NCBI RefSeq assembly: GCF_018977255.1
Contig: NW_024704743.1
Span: forward strand, 27,778,001-27,842,000
DNA length: 64,000 nucleotides
Direction of reading: 5' to 3'
From: Callorhinchus milii
Taxonomy: Eukaryota
Every line of letters begins with the position of its first letter. Within the stretch, counting starts at the first letter, position 1. A program made the position numbers and the translations under genes. This document shows, piece after piece, positions 25,994 through 40,544 of this stretch. Under the pieces are notes generated by a model. The model had not been told where the DNA came from and made no database searches. It saw only the letters and a list, made by a program, of their open reading frames with translations.

Positions 25994-28339
25994 GTAAGGG
26001 ATCTATTGATCTTTTGCGATCGGTTATTTATTACATCAAAGAGCACATCAGCAATGTCTTATTCACTCATTGACTTTTTTTTGTTTATCATTGGACAATG
26101 ACCTTTGTACTCTCATCCACATCTAAAATTAAAGCTAATAACAACATCACATATCATCGTCAGTGATGGAATTGGAACCTTCTCTGATGTTGGAAACTGA
26201 TCAACACAGTAGCAAATGTTTAAAAAGATAGACTCTAGGTGCAGGAAAGCTGAAATAAAACTAGGAAAAACACAGTGACTGAAAGCAAAAGATATGTTCA
26301 GTGGTTTTAAAACATCAGAGGGAGCATTAAGATGATGAGCCACACTCGTCACGCAAACATATGTTTCTCTTTCGGATGACCAGCATTTTCGGTTGCTATA
26401 ATTCTGTTCGTGTTTAAGGGCAGTGCGAGGCTTAGTGTTTTAAGATGGAGACTCACTGTTAGTAATTCTCTTTAAAAAGCAAAGCTGCAAAGAATTAGAG
26501 TTCAATGAAATGCTCGATTGGTTTCTTTCCTGCCCGTCTTGTTTGAATGGGGAGCCACTGTTGATATAACGAGGGGACCTGGCCGAGAAAAGTGAGAGGG
26601 AACGTGATTAATATTGTTACGGATAAAGGATCATATTTGTGATCCAAATGATATTTATCAAATTGTGATGACAAAGACTACCCTCATGTCATTTCCTCTC
26701 CGATGCCTTTCTCATTGGTGAGGTCAAAAAAAAATCTAGTATTCCACTCATAAATACCAAAGCCCTTATGTTGGCAGCCCAATGCCATAGACCCAGCTTC
26801 TCAAACTTTACCATTAACGGAAGCATTGGGGTGAGATGAAGTCGTCGGCAGTTATTCAATGTGATAATCATCTCATGGGCCTCAAATTTAACCCCATTGT
26901 TATTAAGCAAAGTGCTTGCTTGATGGTGTTAATTCAGCTTTCTTGTCCTGCCCTGCCAGTCTACTACTCCTGCTGATTTTCTCACCAGCACCCAGCTTAA
27001 ACAGAAAAAGGATTCCAAGATAACTCCATAAATATATGCAACACATAGTTTGAAAGACAAGCAGAATTCTTTGCAACAGGTTTGTTTAGCGAAAGGTGTT
27101 CTGTTAGTAAGATCTGTAATGTTTACAAGATATCCCCATTATGCTCTTGACTCTTAACTAGTGGAGCCACATTAGGTCAAACAGGTTTTCCTCTGGTCTT
27201 GTTTTGTAATGCATTTTACTCCATCTAACTTGTGCCTCTTAAAGTGTGGCATCGTTTTAAGGAGAAAGCCTGGGTCTATGGCATTAGGCCAGAGTAAAGT
27301 AACACATGTATTTAGGTCACATTTATAAACCTCTTCAATTTGAAATTATTGAACTGCATTTATTGTTGGATCTTCTCTGACGACATACAAAGCATGGCAG
27401 AATCTATAATGCTTACAAGACATAATTTCTTCACAGTACAATTCTAATTGTCTAAGCACTGCACAATTAATCAGTCTCAACAAACGGGAGGTCATGAAAT
27501 CTGCTGTCATGTTGGATTCTGTCAAGTGGACCAGGCCAATGTGTTATCTTCCGGAACATATAAAATTTGAAATCCAGTTATATTTTCATATAAAAACAAA
27601 AAATCTTCTTCCTTCTGCTTTCTGCATTTGCTGGCTACCGCTTATGTTCAAGGTGCAGTATAAGACTAAGGTTAAAGTGTTAAATTGTGCAGTTATACAA
27701 TCCTGAAATACGGAGCATACTTCAGTGGCAGATTAATGGCTGCCTTTTTCCTTTGAGTGGATGCACTTGCTATTTGTCAACTGAACACCTTCAAGTTCTC
27801 AGGAACACTCCAGGCGAGACAGTGTAACTGTTCTGCTATTTATATTGGTAGTTAATGAAAGTGGAGAAGCTTAAAAAATTTCAGATTGGTTTCTTGGAAA
27901 TGGGTAACGTAATTCTAACTTATGTTGGGGTGCACTTATGTGCACTTAATATAAGGTTGGTCATTGTGGATATAATATATGTATTATATTAAAGCCCTTA
28001 TGTTTATATATATAATCCTTGCACTTCCTCTGAACAGTGTTGAGTCTGACAGCAGTGTTTCAGAGTTGAAACAGAATTCTGTTTCGCTAAACAAGTCAGT
28101 ACTTTTAGAATGCAGTGCTTAGTATAGTTGATGCTGATAAATTACGTTGTACAATATTGTCGAAACACTCGGTATTTGGCCCAGAAACATTATAAATTGC
28201 AACTAGATATCCCGCTTCCTGTGACGGTAAATTATGACAATTTATTGTTTTTCTCGCCAACGTTCTCCCTCTCCTCCAAATGAAGGTATTTGATTCTCTT
28301 TTCCTTTTACTGGGGTACTGATTGTTGGTCATTCATCTG

Positions 28340-28579
28340 AGACTAAAAATTCCACCGAGACTCAGCCTTGCAAGACCATTTTGCCTTAAAGTTTAAGATC
28401 GAGCAGAATTGTGGAAAGATATTAAATTCGGTCTTAATATGGAAACTGATTCTTTTCAAGAACTGGAGAAACTGTCTTTCAGATTAAGACCAGATTTAAA
28501 GAATGTTCTAAATTCTGCGTGATCTTAAATCTTAAGACAAGATAGACTTAAAGGCTCAGACTAGGTGGAAATTCAGGCT
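28340..28579. repeat. Imperfect palindrome of ~240 bp (foldback/MITE-like)
   Basis: aattccacc.ag.ct.agcctt...tttaagatc..gcagaatt...ggtcttaat is mirrored by attaagacc...aattctgc..gatcttaaa...aaggct.ag.ct.ggtggaaatt. Confidence 0.85.
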
Positions 28580-29269
28580 TTAGTATTTCACCCCAATGTA
28601 TTATTTATGTGTGAATCTTCACAGCGATATAGTAGCAGTCTTTCTGCATCTGCATCACAAGATCCTGCATTTGACCAATGTTGACAAACACACACCCCCA
28701 ACTCCAGCAAGGGTCACTGTATAGCGATCAGGAATTGAGTTTTGTTTTGCTTCCCTAACCCAGGGAAATCAGATGAATTGCAGCAGCCCTACTCTTACGC
28801 TTGTTGAATGAGCTAGCTAAACATAGACCAGGGATTGAAATTGGAAATTTACCAGTCTGGCTCAGCTACTCACTGAGTAAACTCCCTGAACCATTTGGGG
28901 GAAACTGAGTTATGACAGTCCTTATAAAATTATACGCGTCGTATCTGGAACTCACTGTCATTAGTAAGAAGTGGATTTTATTTTCAGGCATGCAATTTCC
29001 CAGGTCTGTGTAGGTCTGCATTTTGTGGATCAGTGCCTGTGGTAGATATCCTTACAGATATCAAAGAACCACTGGAGTACACTGAAATGCAGCAGTAAAA
29101 GGAGTGGGAGCTCTAATATTTAGTTAGCTCACTGAGATGCTATAGTGACAGAAATTACATATCGCAGCTCAATAGTATTGCAGTAATTAGATCATGGTGG
29201 TTTAATGGCACAATATGTTGAATCTGCCATCTCAGATGTACCCAAAAGCAGTAGAAATAAGGACCAGAT

Positions 29270-29770
29270 GCTGCCAAATCTGTTGAGTTCAGATCTTCAA
29301 GAGTCCAACTGTACAGTGATCTGGTCAGGCCACATCTGGAGTTTGGCACACACTTCCTTTTGCCCAACCTCCAGCAGGAGCAAAAATGTTAATCCCCAGT
29401 GGTGAACTGACAAAATATCAGGAACACCTAGATACGATAAGGCTCTTTGACCTTGAGATATTACAGAGGGCACCTTGTATAGGCATAAAGGTTAACACAT
29501 GAGATAGAGAAATTAACTCAGAACAATCTTTTCTAATATACCAAAGCAGCAGGACGAGAAGGTTCAGGTTTATGAAGGGCAACTTTAGGACAGATACCTT
29601 GAAGTATTTCCATAGAGGGTAATTTCTTTGAAGGTTAGATGAGGCTGGGACACTGAACCAATTTAAGTACCATCTTACTGCTGTAATGGGAAGGTGGTAG
29701 AATGAGTATTCTGGAAGGATGGCATCAGATAGGCAAAGGATCTTCTTTGTCAGAAGCTCCATTATGATTT
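29270..29770 (+). mobile_element. Old CR1 fragment
   Basis: ctggtcaggccacatctggag resembles the LVRPHLE coding segment; decayed CR1 3' end downstream. Confidence 0.6.
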
Positions 29771-32700
29771 TGTTAAAAGCACATACAAACCGTGTATAGT
29801 GTGACACGATAATGAAACATCCAATTGTCTTGCCTTATTCCTCCTCTCCTGAGGGCACCGCATGATCCTGTGGAAATCTCCACCTTTCTTCACATGTGCA
29901 GCTAGAGAGTGAGTAATCGGAGTTTATTCAATTATAGTGGGCATTATAGTTGAGTTTAATTCTATCTGTCTCACAGTCAATCATATATTATTCCTATTTT
30001 TCCTTTGTGAGGGAAGAGAATGACATTGTATCAATGCATGTGTAGAATATTGCCAAGGGAATGAGGTGGTGAAAAGATGCACAGCTTCTCTCTTGAGTTC
30101 TTATTGCTCTCCGTGGAACCTATGGTCTAATGTATTGTAGTGTAATGTATATGGTTTGCTTGTGGCCGTTTGTGTGGAGGTAAAAGTATAATTCGGATCT
30201 GGCAGTGTTAACATTTCAAGTGGAAGGGAAGAAATTGATTGCAAAGTGAAGCATTGAGTTTCTTTGCTCCCCGCTCCTTCCATCAAACCTTTCATTAACA
30301 CCTTTTGTTTCAGGGTCTTCTGACCTGCTAGAGATGTTCTATATGCTGGCTAGCCATCTGGATCCACTAGAATAGAATGCAGTTCAAAAGTACTTGTGGG
30401 CATTGAATTTATATGGCTCCAAAATTTATGAGGCAGTAGACCTTTTTCCAATTAGCTTTCAGGACCACAAGAGCAAAGCATCCTTAGTGTACAGTAAAAT
30501 CCCATGTAGGTCTTTTCACAGAACTAGCACGATATCTCTCTCTTGCTCAAGGGTTCTTGGTTAATCTGTGTGCCTGATGTTTTCTTGGCTGCACGTGTCC
30601 TCTTTTGGGGAATATATGGAATTGAAGCTTGTAACACTGTAAATGGTGATTGAATGTTCTATCATGTGCTGGAAACAAAAGGAAAGTAATATTTCAGTCT
30701 AGAACTCGTTCTTATTTCCTTGTCACAATATTTTACATAAAGTAAGCCAAGAAGCTTTACAGATTGCGGTCTCTCAGTTTTCACCGCTAAGTAAATATTA
30801 AATGTTTTAATATTTTCTTAATTCTATTCCTTTCATTTCTAATCCCCTCCCCCATTTCCTGTCTGCTTGCATTGCTCCCTGCCATCTGAATAGCCAGGCA
30901 ATTAACCTCTGCCCCTGCTGCTTTGCTAGCACTGCAGTAATCTGCCAGAATGGTATGCCCGATATGGGAGCATTAGGATTTCTGTTGCATATATGCACAT
31001 TTTGGACACTGTTACGCGAGAGAAAAGATTGTTTGGCACATTAAGACCACTCGTTCCTTAGACCATGCAAAAGCTGCCTCGGTTGTGGAATTGACTTCAT
31101 CCGCTCTGTCTCCTTGGGGAAACATTGGGATAGATAAATGTTACTTGAGCCTCCAAATATAATGAGGTTGACCCACATTGCTCCCAGTGAACCCTGCTTC
31201 CTTTTCACTATTGATAATTGTTTGGCTCCCCTTCCCCACCCCGAGCTTCACAAAATCTATGTTGTGTATTAGCTTGGCTATGTCTATAGTACTCTTCATC
31301 TCAGACTCAAAAGGTTGATGGTCTCAAATCCCATATAGGAATCTCAGCTAACACTGAAGTAGCACTGCATTGTTGCAGATTCAATCATTCAAATGAGATG
31401 TTAAACACGATACCTGTCAATCAGATGAATATTAAAGAGCCCATTGCATGGTATTGGAAAATGAGAAGGGAGTTCCTTTGGTGTTGTTATTTGGTTTAAT
31501 TGGTTTTTCAGCTCATGGCTATTTCTGGGATCTTGCTAGTGGAAATGGCTGCCTCATTTGCCCACAAGAACAGTCACTGTAAAAATGTCTATGAAGTGAT
31601 TTTGTGATATTTAAACATGAAGTACTTTACAATTGCAAGATTTTTTCTTATCATATTTATTATGCACTATGGGGTGCCTGTTCGTCTCAGTCTGCACCTA
31701 AGGTCGAATTTCCAATATTTTCCCAAACAACTTTACAAGAATTTTCAGTGCTACTTGCTTCAACTATGTCACACAACAGTGATTTCACCAGGTTAGTGCT
31801 GCTCCCAATCTTGCCTCTCAGCAACAGTGTCAACAGAACTCTACAGTTAAAGAAATAAACACTGGGTAATGGACAGAAACACACCAGAAAAAATATATCA
31901 GTGTTAATCATGGGTTTAATGTGGTCCTCACAGTGAGGATAATCTTGGAATAATCATTTTATGATTAATTATCTCCCAACATGAAATTTTAATAACAATA
32001 ATCCTTGGATTTGATATAGTGCCTTATCACATCATTGGGATGCCTCAAAGTGCTTCACAGAATATACTGTAAAGTGAATTGAATGTATATTTTGAGGGTA
32101 AAGTATATTTTAAATATCCTGTATATTTCAAGTTTCGCCTTTAAACTTTGACTTCACTGTGTGAGGCTCCCTTTTTCCTGTGAGCTTTTCTGCCAGGGAG
32201 CAGTACTTAAGATGTTAATAATTTTGGATTATTTTTAACTGTGAGGAAGCAGTAAAATCCAGAGTCCGCTCTGCAGGAGGTCCCTGAGAGGCATGAAACA
32301 GCACGCACTTTGTTAATGTTTACATACCTTGATAGCAGTTGAAAGTGGTGTTAATGTTCTTTGAGCTAGTTGTAGAGGGCAAGTGGTCTTTTTATTTTTC
32401 TGTCCGGGATATTGAGTTTTTGAGGTTTGGGGTTTTGGGCACATGTTCGCCCTCTACTAATCCTCCCCGTGTTGAATGCTGAAAACCAGCTGGGCTGTTC
32501 CAGGACACTGTGAAAATGTGTGAAATGGTCAATTTAAAGTTTTTAAATAGATCACATTTTGATCTGTCCATCTTAAGTATTTGAAAAATGTCCAAGTTGG
32601 CACAGCTGTATATTAACAAACTGCTGGTTTGAGTTTAGTTGTTCATTGTTTAACTATGTTAAACCTTAGTGAGGAAGTGAAGGGACTAATTTTTCTTGCC

Positions 32701-35700
32701 CATCTGTTCATGCAGTGTATGCAATAGTTTTGAATAACTTTCATAGGTACGTGTTAAGTGAAGGATTGACAAGATAGAATACATGAGTGTAAAAAATAGA
32801 TTAAAAAACCTGTGGGTAGATGTTGTGACGTGTGTCAATACATCATTGATCAATGTGACCAGACTGGTATTGTAATTGATCAACTGGTCCACAGGCTCTG
32901 TGTACCCTGACCCTGATTCCATTCATTGGTTGGTCTTGAAGCCCACTGTGCCACCGAAAGGACTTGCAGTCTCTAATTTATGGCTTAACTGTTTGTTTTT
33001 GGTGAGTGAAGCCAGTATCCCGCTAACTATGAACTTGACAAGAATGTAGGAAACATATTTTTAAAGAGGTATAACTAAAGAAAGAAGTGGATACATTTGG
33101 ACTCTTGGAACATTGGAGGCTCTCTACTGACTGCTCATGAAACATTTGACTGGCTTATATTCTCATATTTCCAACTTGCCTGCTTGAGGTTAGACCCCAC
33201 TGTGACTCTGGGTATCTTGGGATCTCCTCTCTTTTGCTCCATTTGTGTCAGCCTGGCTCAGTTGGTCGCACTCTTGCCTCTGAGCCAGAAGGTTGTGGGT
33301 TGAAGTCCTACCAAGAACTTAGACCCCTTTGATTTTGTGGAGGCTGTTTTTTTGTTTCTGAATTGTGTTTAGAAAATGGAAAATAAACAGGGAACTAAAC
33401 AAGAATTAGGGAAATAAACAGTGGAAAGAGTCTTGAGAGATCCAGAAGAATATTTGGAGAAAGAAATGAAGATAAACAAAGTTTCAGAGGCTTATTTACA
33501 AACACAAAATACAGAAGACCCACAAAGCCAGTCTGTTTTTCATTACATGATTAGAAATGTGCTGGAACAACAGATTGGATAGTAGTGTTGGAGAATGACC
33601 ATAGTCTGGTTGGGCTGGGCCATTTGTGGTGCTCTAGACCGGTTATGGTGTACGGGTCCGGTTGTGTCTCTGTGGTCTGGCTGTGTTATTCTTGTCTGAG
33701 TTGGCTGATGAGGTTCCTCTGGCTGTGCTAGTCTGGCTATGTGATTTGATTGCAAGTGGTCGTGGCATGGGGTGCTGCGCCGGTTTTATCCTGAAGATGC
33801 ACTTGATGTGAGTTGGGAGCCATAATTACGCTGCCTGCTCCAATTACAGGAGAGTGGGGCCGACTGACCTCCAGCGCGTGCACTGCTTGCTGTCTTCTGA
33901 CTCTTGTCAGATCTCCACTGATTTAAGAGGAGCTGATACGATATTCATTTGGTTTTATTCAGTGCAAATTGAATGGAGGTGCAGTGGGCCACCTCAGTTT
34001 CACAAATTAAGTTTTAAAAAATGGGCTTCACAGCAAAAACAAACACCTCTTGATTTCCAGCCCTGCACTGATCAGCTTAGTAAAGACCTCAGTCGTGCAA
34101 CTCAAAGGAGTTGTGAGAAATACAGTTTAGCTCTGGCAGGCGGCAGGATTTATAACAATAAGTCAACAGGCTTGGAAGAAATGGGCGTGGGGGAGGGAAA
34201 AGATTGGTTGGGAGGGGACCATAGATAATCTGCTGATATTTTACCTTTGACAGCCTAGAAATGTTGTGTCTTACTACACATTAAAGCATTCCCCAGGCAA
34301 ATTCTGTACTTTAAATAAAAATTGTGAAACAAGTGGGACCCTTATTAAAATCCTTAATGTTTTACAGTATCCGAACTTTGAGCGCTCTCTTTCAACTTGG
34401 TTGGGGGTGGTGTGGGAAACAACCGTAGGGCCTGAGACCAATGAATCATCTGAGCTAATGGCAGGAGAAACGGAGCGGGAGATGAATGTCGTAGGTACTG
34501 AAAAATCAGTAACATCATCTGCTCTTTGATGTGAACTTGCTCGTGTTGGCAGAACGGCTCTAGGTGTTTGAAGATTGATGGACAGTAATAGACAGGCTGA
34601 AGATAGATTCCAAGTGTTTGCTGGCAAGGTCAGTGGGGTGATTGGGGGTGGGGGGATGGAGGGATTTAAGGTGAAACCAGGCATTTGACGTGATGTTTGT
34701 TTTGAGAGGGGAGGGCAAAGAGGGGTTGTGTTGCTGCCTTTTAAAAAATGTAAAGAATGAGAAGAAGCTGTCTGGTTCCTGATCGCTCTTCAGGAATTGT
34801 GATAAGCTCAAAGCGTCTCTTAATGGTCCTTAGTTACGATAAAGCTATCTGATCCTGTCTCCATGTCGACCTGTGCAAAGATCTTATTGCTGGGTTACAA
34901 ATGTTTCGGTTGGTTACAACTGAATTAGCAGAAACACAGGCCATCAAATCATTTAATCACACGCCAGCAACATGTCAATCAATGTAGTTAGATTGTTCTA
35001 CACTGGCTGAGAGACAGAGCTCAATGTCGGCTTGTCTTGGTTTGATTCATTCAGGACTTCATTTTTTAACTGTTTTTTTCCTGGGGGGAGGTGGGTGGGG
35101 GTTTAGTCAAAGCATATGCTATTGTCACCAGTGTAGCAGTTGCAGCATTTTCCTCCCATAATAGCATTGAAATCACCACCAGCCGAAATGCGAGGAAATC
35201 TGGGACTAGAATCTTATAACGTTCACCGTTTTAACTAACTAATTATATACAGAACCTCTGTGAGTATATCAATACACTATAGAAGACAATAACATCCATG
35301 TATATCAATGCTTACAACAGCAGCTTGTATTTATCTAGCACCCTTCACACAGGATAGCGTCTCAGAGCTACTTAAGTGAAGAAGAGTGATGTCTGTGGAT
35401 TTTAGTATGTTTCAGTGTCCAAAGTCAAAATCAGACCACCCCGATCCTGGTACATTGCCAGTATTCTGTGAAAGAGTTAGAGAGGATATTCCTGGAACTT
35501 TAACATACTTAATAGTCACTCTGGGGAACCTCGAGCAGGTGAGGAGACTTGAGGGCAAGCCAGTAGAGGGTTTTGATGACTTGAAGATCCGAGCGACACC
35601 TATTTAGGGTGCAATATAAAAAGATAGTGGAGTGGCTGATCTAGGATTGCTACAAATGACCTCAGAGTGAGCCTGCTTCATGTCCCTCTTCTTGCCTGCC

Positions 35701-36375
35701 CTACCATTGGTAATCAGGCTTTAAGCCTAGAGACTTTATGTCACTCCAAAATGCCGTCCTGCGTGAAGAGTGCTATATAAAAGTAAATTATTGTGATTAT
35801 AACTGGCCCCTTCCCTCGCCTGCTTCAAGGTCTACCTCAAGACCTTCCTCTTTGACCGCACCCTTGATCATCTTTCCCTTTGGCTCCCACCTCCAGTTTG
35901 GGTGCAAACCTTAGACCGTCCAGCTCCTTGCGATGTCCTCCCAATACGAAAAGTGTTATGTAAATTTGTTGTTGAATCCCCCAGATTAGAGAAAGGAAAA
36001 ATCAGTTAAGATGGCTGCTTCTAATAACAATCCCACGACTGAATGTCATACCAAATGTATAGAAATATAATAAAATAATAACCCTTGCATTTGATATAGC
36101 GCTTTTCACGTCTTCTCAACGTCTCAAAGTGCTTCACAGAATAGACTGTAAAGTGAATTGACCGTATATTTGTGGGCGAATCCATATATGTACTGATAAC
36201 CAGTGTAAGGATGATGCCTCTTACAGGAAGGTTCATGTCAACGAAAGTGAGGACAGGATTGGGCTCTGTTGTGATATTCTGCGTCCTCGCCACCAAAGCA
36301 ATCGCTGCCCAGGTTCACATGTACGAAGAATGTTCACTTTGAGGTGGTATCAGAGGACAATAGTGCCCATGGACT

Positions 36376-36755
36376 AATAATAATAATAATAATAATCCTT
36401 GCATTTGATATAGCGCCTTATCATGTCTTCGAGGTGTCTCAAAGCGCTTCACAGAATATATTGTAAAGTGAATTTACTGTATATTTAGTGGGCGAAACAT
36501 GGAAGCCATTTACTCACAGTAGTGTCCCATACACAGTCGTGGATTGAGTTGACCAATTTATTATTTTTTTAAGGAATTATTACCCCCAGAAAAGCGATCC
36601 GCCAATCGACTAACAACCGGTTCCCTACTTACTGCTGATTAAACAGAAGCGTGTGGAGTAAGGAAACTTGCCCAACATTTTGCCCTGCCGGGAATTGAAC
36701 CCAGGTTTCTCACTTGCGAGGCGAGTGCTCTAACCACTGTGCTACAGGACTCCAC
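36376..36755 (-). mobile_element. tRNA-derived SINE, family A, long form
   Basis: Full head-to-tail copy with GGACT flanking repeats. Confidence 0.92.
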
Positions 36756-36979
36756 AGGACTGTACACAGAGAGGAGGGTGATAGCAAAACTTATAAGGGA
36801 GGAAAATTGCTAGATAAGTACACATTGCATTATTATTTACCAAACCCACTTTCTTTGACAAACCATGTATTTTTATACCTTCAAGTACAGAATCTGAGTA
36901 TGTATATTGAATGTGGTTGCATTTCACAGGAGATACACATTACACAAGTCACAATGTCTCATATAATAATATATGATTA

Positions 36980-37283
36980 TTGATATATTGATATAGCGCT
37001 TTTCACGTCGGGTAGACGTCCCAAAGCGCTTCACAGAACACACTGTAAAGTGAATTGACTGTATATTTGTGGGCAAACGCGGCAGCCAATTGCGCACAAC
37101 AATGTCCCACAAACAGTCGTTGATTGAAAATGACCAATTTATTTTTTGGGGGGTTTTGGAGGGATTATTATTAGGCGTGTGGAGTAAGGAAACTTGCCCA
37201 AGGTTTCGCCCTCTGCCTGGAATTGAACTCAGGTCTCTCACTTGCAAAGCGAGTGCTCTAACGAATGAGCTACAGGACTCCAC
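36980..37283 (-). mobile_element. tRNA-derived SINE, family A, short form
   Basis: Same head and tail but lacks the ~70 bp internal segment. Confidence 0.9.
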
Positions 37284-37405
37284 GAGTCAACAGGGTTCCC
37301 AAGTACAAATGCTAATAAAAATAAAACGAATTCAAAGCCACCTTTGTTGGGCCATTTTTTAATTTCTTAAATATATATCTGCGAGTATTATAAAACTTCC
37401 ATGTA

Positions 37406-37512
37406 CAGGGTGACCAAAAAGTCCCCATATCATTACAATGTCTAATAAGTCTTAAAGAAATTATAATTTTTTTAGATAATAGGGTAGATATCATGATTTT
37501 TTGGTCACCCTA
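37406..37512. mobile_element. Tc1/mariner-like MITE
   Basis: TA|CAGGGTGACCAAAAA ... TTTTTGGTCACCCTA|TA. Confidence 0.75.
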
Positions 37513-38820
37513 TATTTAATACATAATATATACAGATGAATATTTTGCAGTTGGATTGCTTACTTACAGCCATTGATTTTAAAAAAATCCTTTTTAGTGG
37601 ATCCTTTTCCCAGAGAGTAGCTCAATTACTCTTTCCCTTTGCCCCAGTGGAATTAGCATTCAAGGGGACGGGCACTCTGTTTATTTTTGTTTTCATGGCA
37701 GATGTAAGCTGCTGTCTGTCATTGCTTCCAGAAGCTGATTACTTAAGCGCTTTCAGTATGTATGCACTGCGGTTGCCCATTAACACACGGGATGTAATAG
37801 CCGCTCAGAATTGTTTTCTCTACCATGGATTCTGCCCCTGAGACATTAAGGAAGGAGGGCAGGGGTCATTACTGCAGTGAAGGAGCTAGAAGAGACTTTG
37901 GCAAACAAGGATAGCTCTGTAAAATGCATTTATTTTTTTAAACAAATTGAATGTATTCTGTTTACTTTTACCCTGCTGTTTCCGATTTCTTATATTGTTT
38001 AGTTAAACTACAGAATTTATCCACTTTGAATTTTAGGCAATTTTTGTTTTAAGTTGAGATTACTTTTACAATTGTAAAACTAATTTGCATTGTACATTCC
38101 TTATACTGTTAGTCATGGCCTTTCCCTTCCACCACCACGCCCCTCCCCAATATTCGGCTACAAATACAGTCACTACGCTTTGCAGTAAATCTTGCAAATC
38201 TTTTTCAGATGGTTTGATGACGTTATAAGGCATTGTATCAAATGAAAGAATTATTATAATATTGCTTCCAATTTCTAAACATTTAAGTCAAAAACCCTGC
38301 TGTCAAGGTCTCCCTAGCCCAATTTAAGAGGCGAAATTGAGTCCATATGACTGTAGAGAGATTCATTATTTGTTTCTTTAATAGCCCCCTGTTTCTTGAT
38401 GAATTGGCAGGAGTCATGGGGCTGATCTCTATCAGTCTTGTGGTGGGTATCTATCTACTAATGTTCTTTTATATACCAGTAAAATGAGGGGAATGCAGTT
38501 GGTTCTTGGTGGTCTAGTGATGTGTGAGAACGTGATTGCTTCAAGATCTTGCTACATTCAATGTTTTTTGAATTCTCTTTGCCTTTTTTGTTATTAAACT
38601 GTGCAGATAAATACTACAGGTAGTTGTTTGCCTCTTTCCCACCATCAGCAGGGAAAGGAAACCTGTTGAATAATTTTTTTCAGCTTCATCATTCAAAGTA
38701 CTTAAAATAATTACAAACATATAGACTTGGGATAGGTAACCTGAGAACAAAGGGTTGGCAGTAAATTATTAGCTTCCATTTATTTTCTCTCCATTTTTTT
38801 TCTCTTCTTCTCTTCATTCT

Positions 38821-39202
38821 GTGGATTCCTTTAGCTCAGTGGATAGAGCATGTGCCTCGCAAGGAACGAGACCTGGGTTTGATTCCAGGGCACAGCGAAA
38901 TGCTGGGCAAGTTTCCTTACTCCACATGTTTCTGTTTACCTTGCAGTAGGTAGGAAGCTAGTTGTTAGTTGATTGGTGGAACGCTTTTCTGGGGGTAATA
39001 ATTCCTTCAAAAAAACAAAATAATAAATTGGTCAATCCAATCTACGACTGTTTGTGGGACACTGCTGTGCGCAATTGGCTGCCGCGTTTCGCCCACAAGA
39101 TAAGCAGACAATTCACTTTACAGTATATTCTGTGAAATGCTTTGAGACGTCTTGAAAACGTAATAAGGCACTATATCAAATGCAAGGATTGTTATTATTA
39201 TT
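38821..39202 (+). mobile_element. tRNA-derived SINE, family A, long form
   Basis: GTGGA..TAGCTCAGTGGATAGAGC head through the caaatgcaaggatt(ATT)n tail. Confidence 0.9.
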
Positions 39203-40544
39203 CTCTTTTAATTACAGGTGCTGGCTGTTATATTATAATATGTATTTGATACAGCACTTTATCACATCAAGGCAATCTCAAAGCGTTTCATCTGAATTTA
39301 TTGTAAAGTGGACAGACTGTGTGTTTTCTAGGTGAACACGCCAGCCGATTTGCACACAGCGAATGTCTCACAATGTCAACTTTGAAGTGAATGACCAAAT
39401 TTATTTGGGGGATTGTTGACTCGGACCTCAGGAGAAACTCCCTTCTCTTTTCAAATAGGATTGTTAACATCCATCTGGTTTAACATCTCATCTCAAAGAC
39501 AACACCTTTGATGATGCAGCATGCCCCAGCCCTGCTCTGGAATATCAGCAAAATCGTTCACCTTAAAATATCATGCCAAGGCTAGAACACACTTTATATA
39601 CTAAGATTGACATGCAATCTTGAGAAGCTTTTTGATTTTCTCTGAAGTTTTGTAAAAGTTTAAGTTTATATAGTATCACAAGAGATTTTGTTGCGAGATT
39701 GGGTTCTAATGTGCTGTAATATCTAACAGGATTTAATAAGGCAACTCAAAATGTGTCACACCAACCTGTGAGAACACTGCTCCAATATCATCGACTTTTG
39801 AGTGCCGAGTTCCTGGAGGTCATTTGAAGCCCTGGAATGAGTCTCCATTCAGTTTCCTATTAAAGAATCTTTTAGTAAACTGATGCATAATAGACCCAAT
39901 TCATGCCACTTTTACACTACACATTTGGTGGTTTCTACACTCCATCCATTGTGGCCTGACTTGTAATGAAAAATTAGCAACTTCCCTGAAGGAAGGAGCC
40001 TGTGGCTGTACACTATTGCCTGCAGTGTTGCACTTTGCTGTTGGCAGCCTGCTGCAATTTGAAATCACTGAACAGCTATTGGTGGTGTTTTTTCCTCTCG
40101 CGGACATCCCTCCCTCGCCAATTCCTGATACCTAAACAACGATATTCGTACCGGCAAAAACGCTGCCTGATATTCAGCAATTCATCAGGCCTCCAACACT
40201 GTTATTAAGGCAGTGGTCGATTGAAAGGAGGGGCTGAAAGCTATTGGGAAGATCCATATGTGGAACCAAACCCAGAAATTGACATACAGCCAGAGGCTCC
40301 ATTAAAAGCATTTTAATATAAGTAGCTTTTGAACTCTCAATCCCAGCGGTTACCAACAGGCAAGATAATGCAAAATAAATGATGCACAGACCATCCTACC
40401 CTGAATAACATCTTTGTTCAGGTTCACAGAAATGCCTGGTTCAGCTTGGATTTTAAGAATCAGTTTGTTTGTAGGAGCTGGGTAAAACCCATTAAATCCA
40501 AGGTACCAGAAACAGCCTAACACTTTCTCTGTGGGCTCTATGGA

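Noticed and set aside
37680..37850. Possible conserved non-coding enhancers (also about 30840-31000) and MEF2-like sites
   Set aside because: Cannot be supported without cross-species alignment. Short motifs are expected by chance.
38821..38900. tRNA genes at SINE heads (also about 50266, 56092 and minus-strand copies)
   Set aside because: A and B boxes are present but there is no proper acceptor stem, and each continues into a SINE body.
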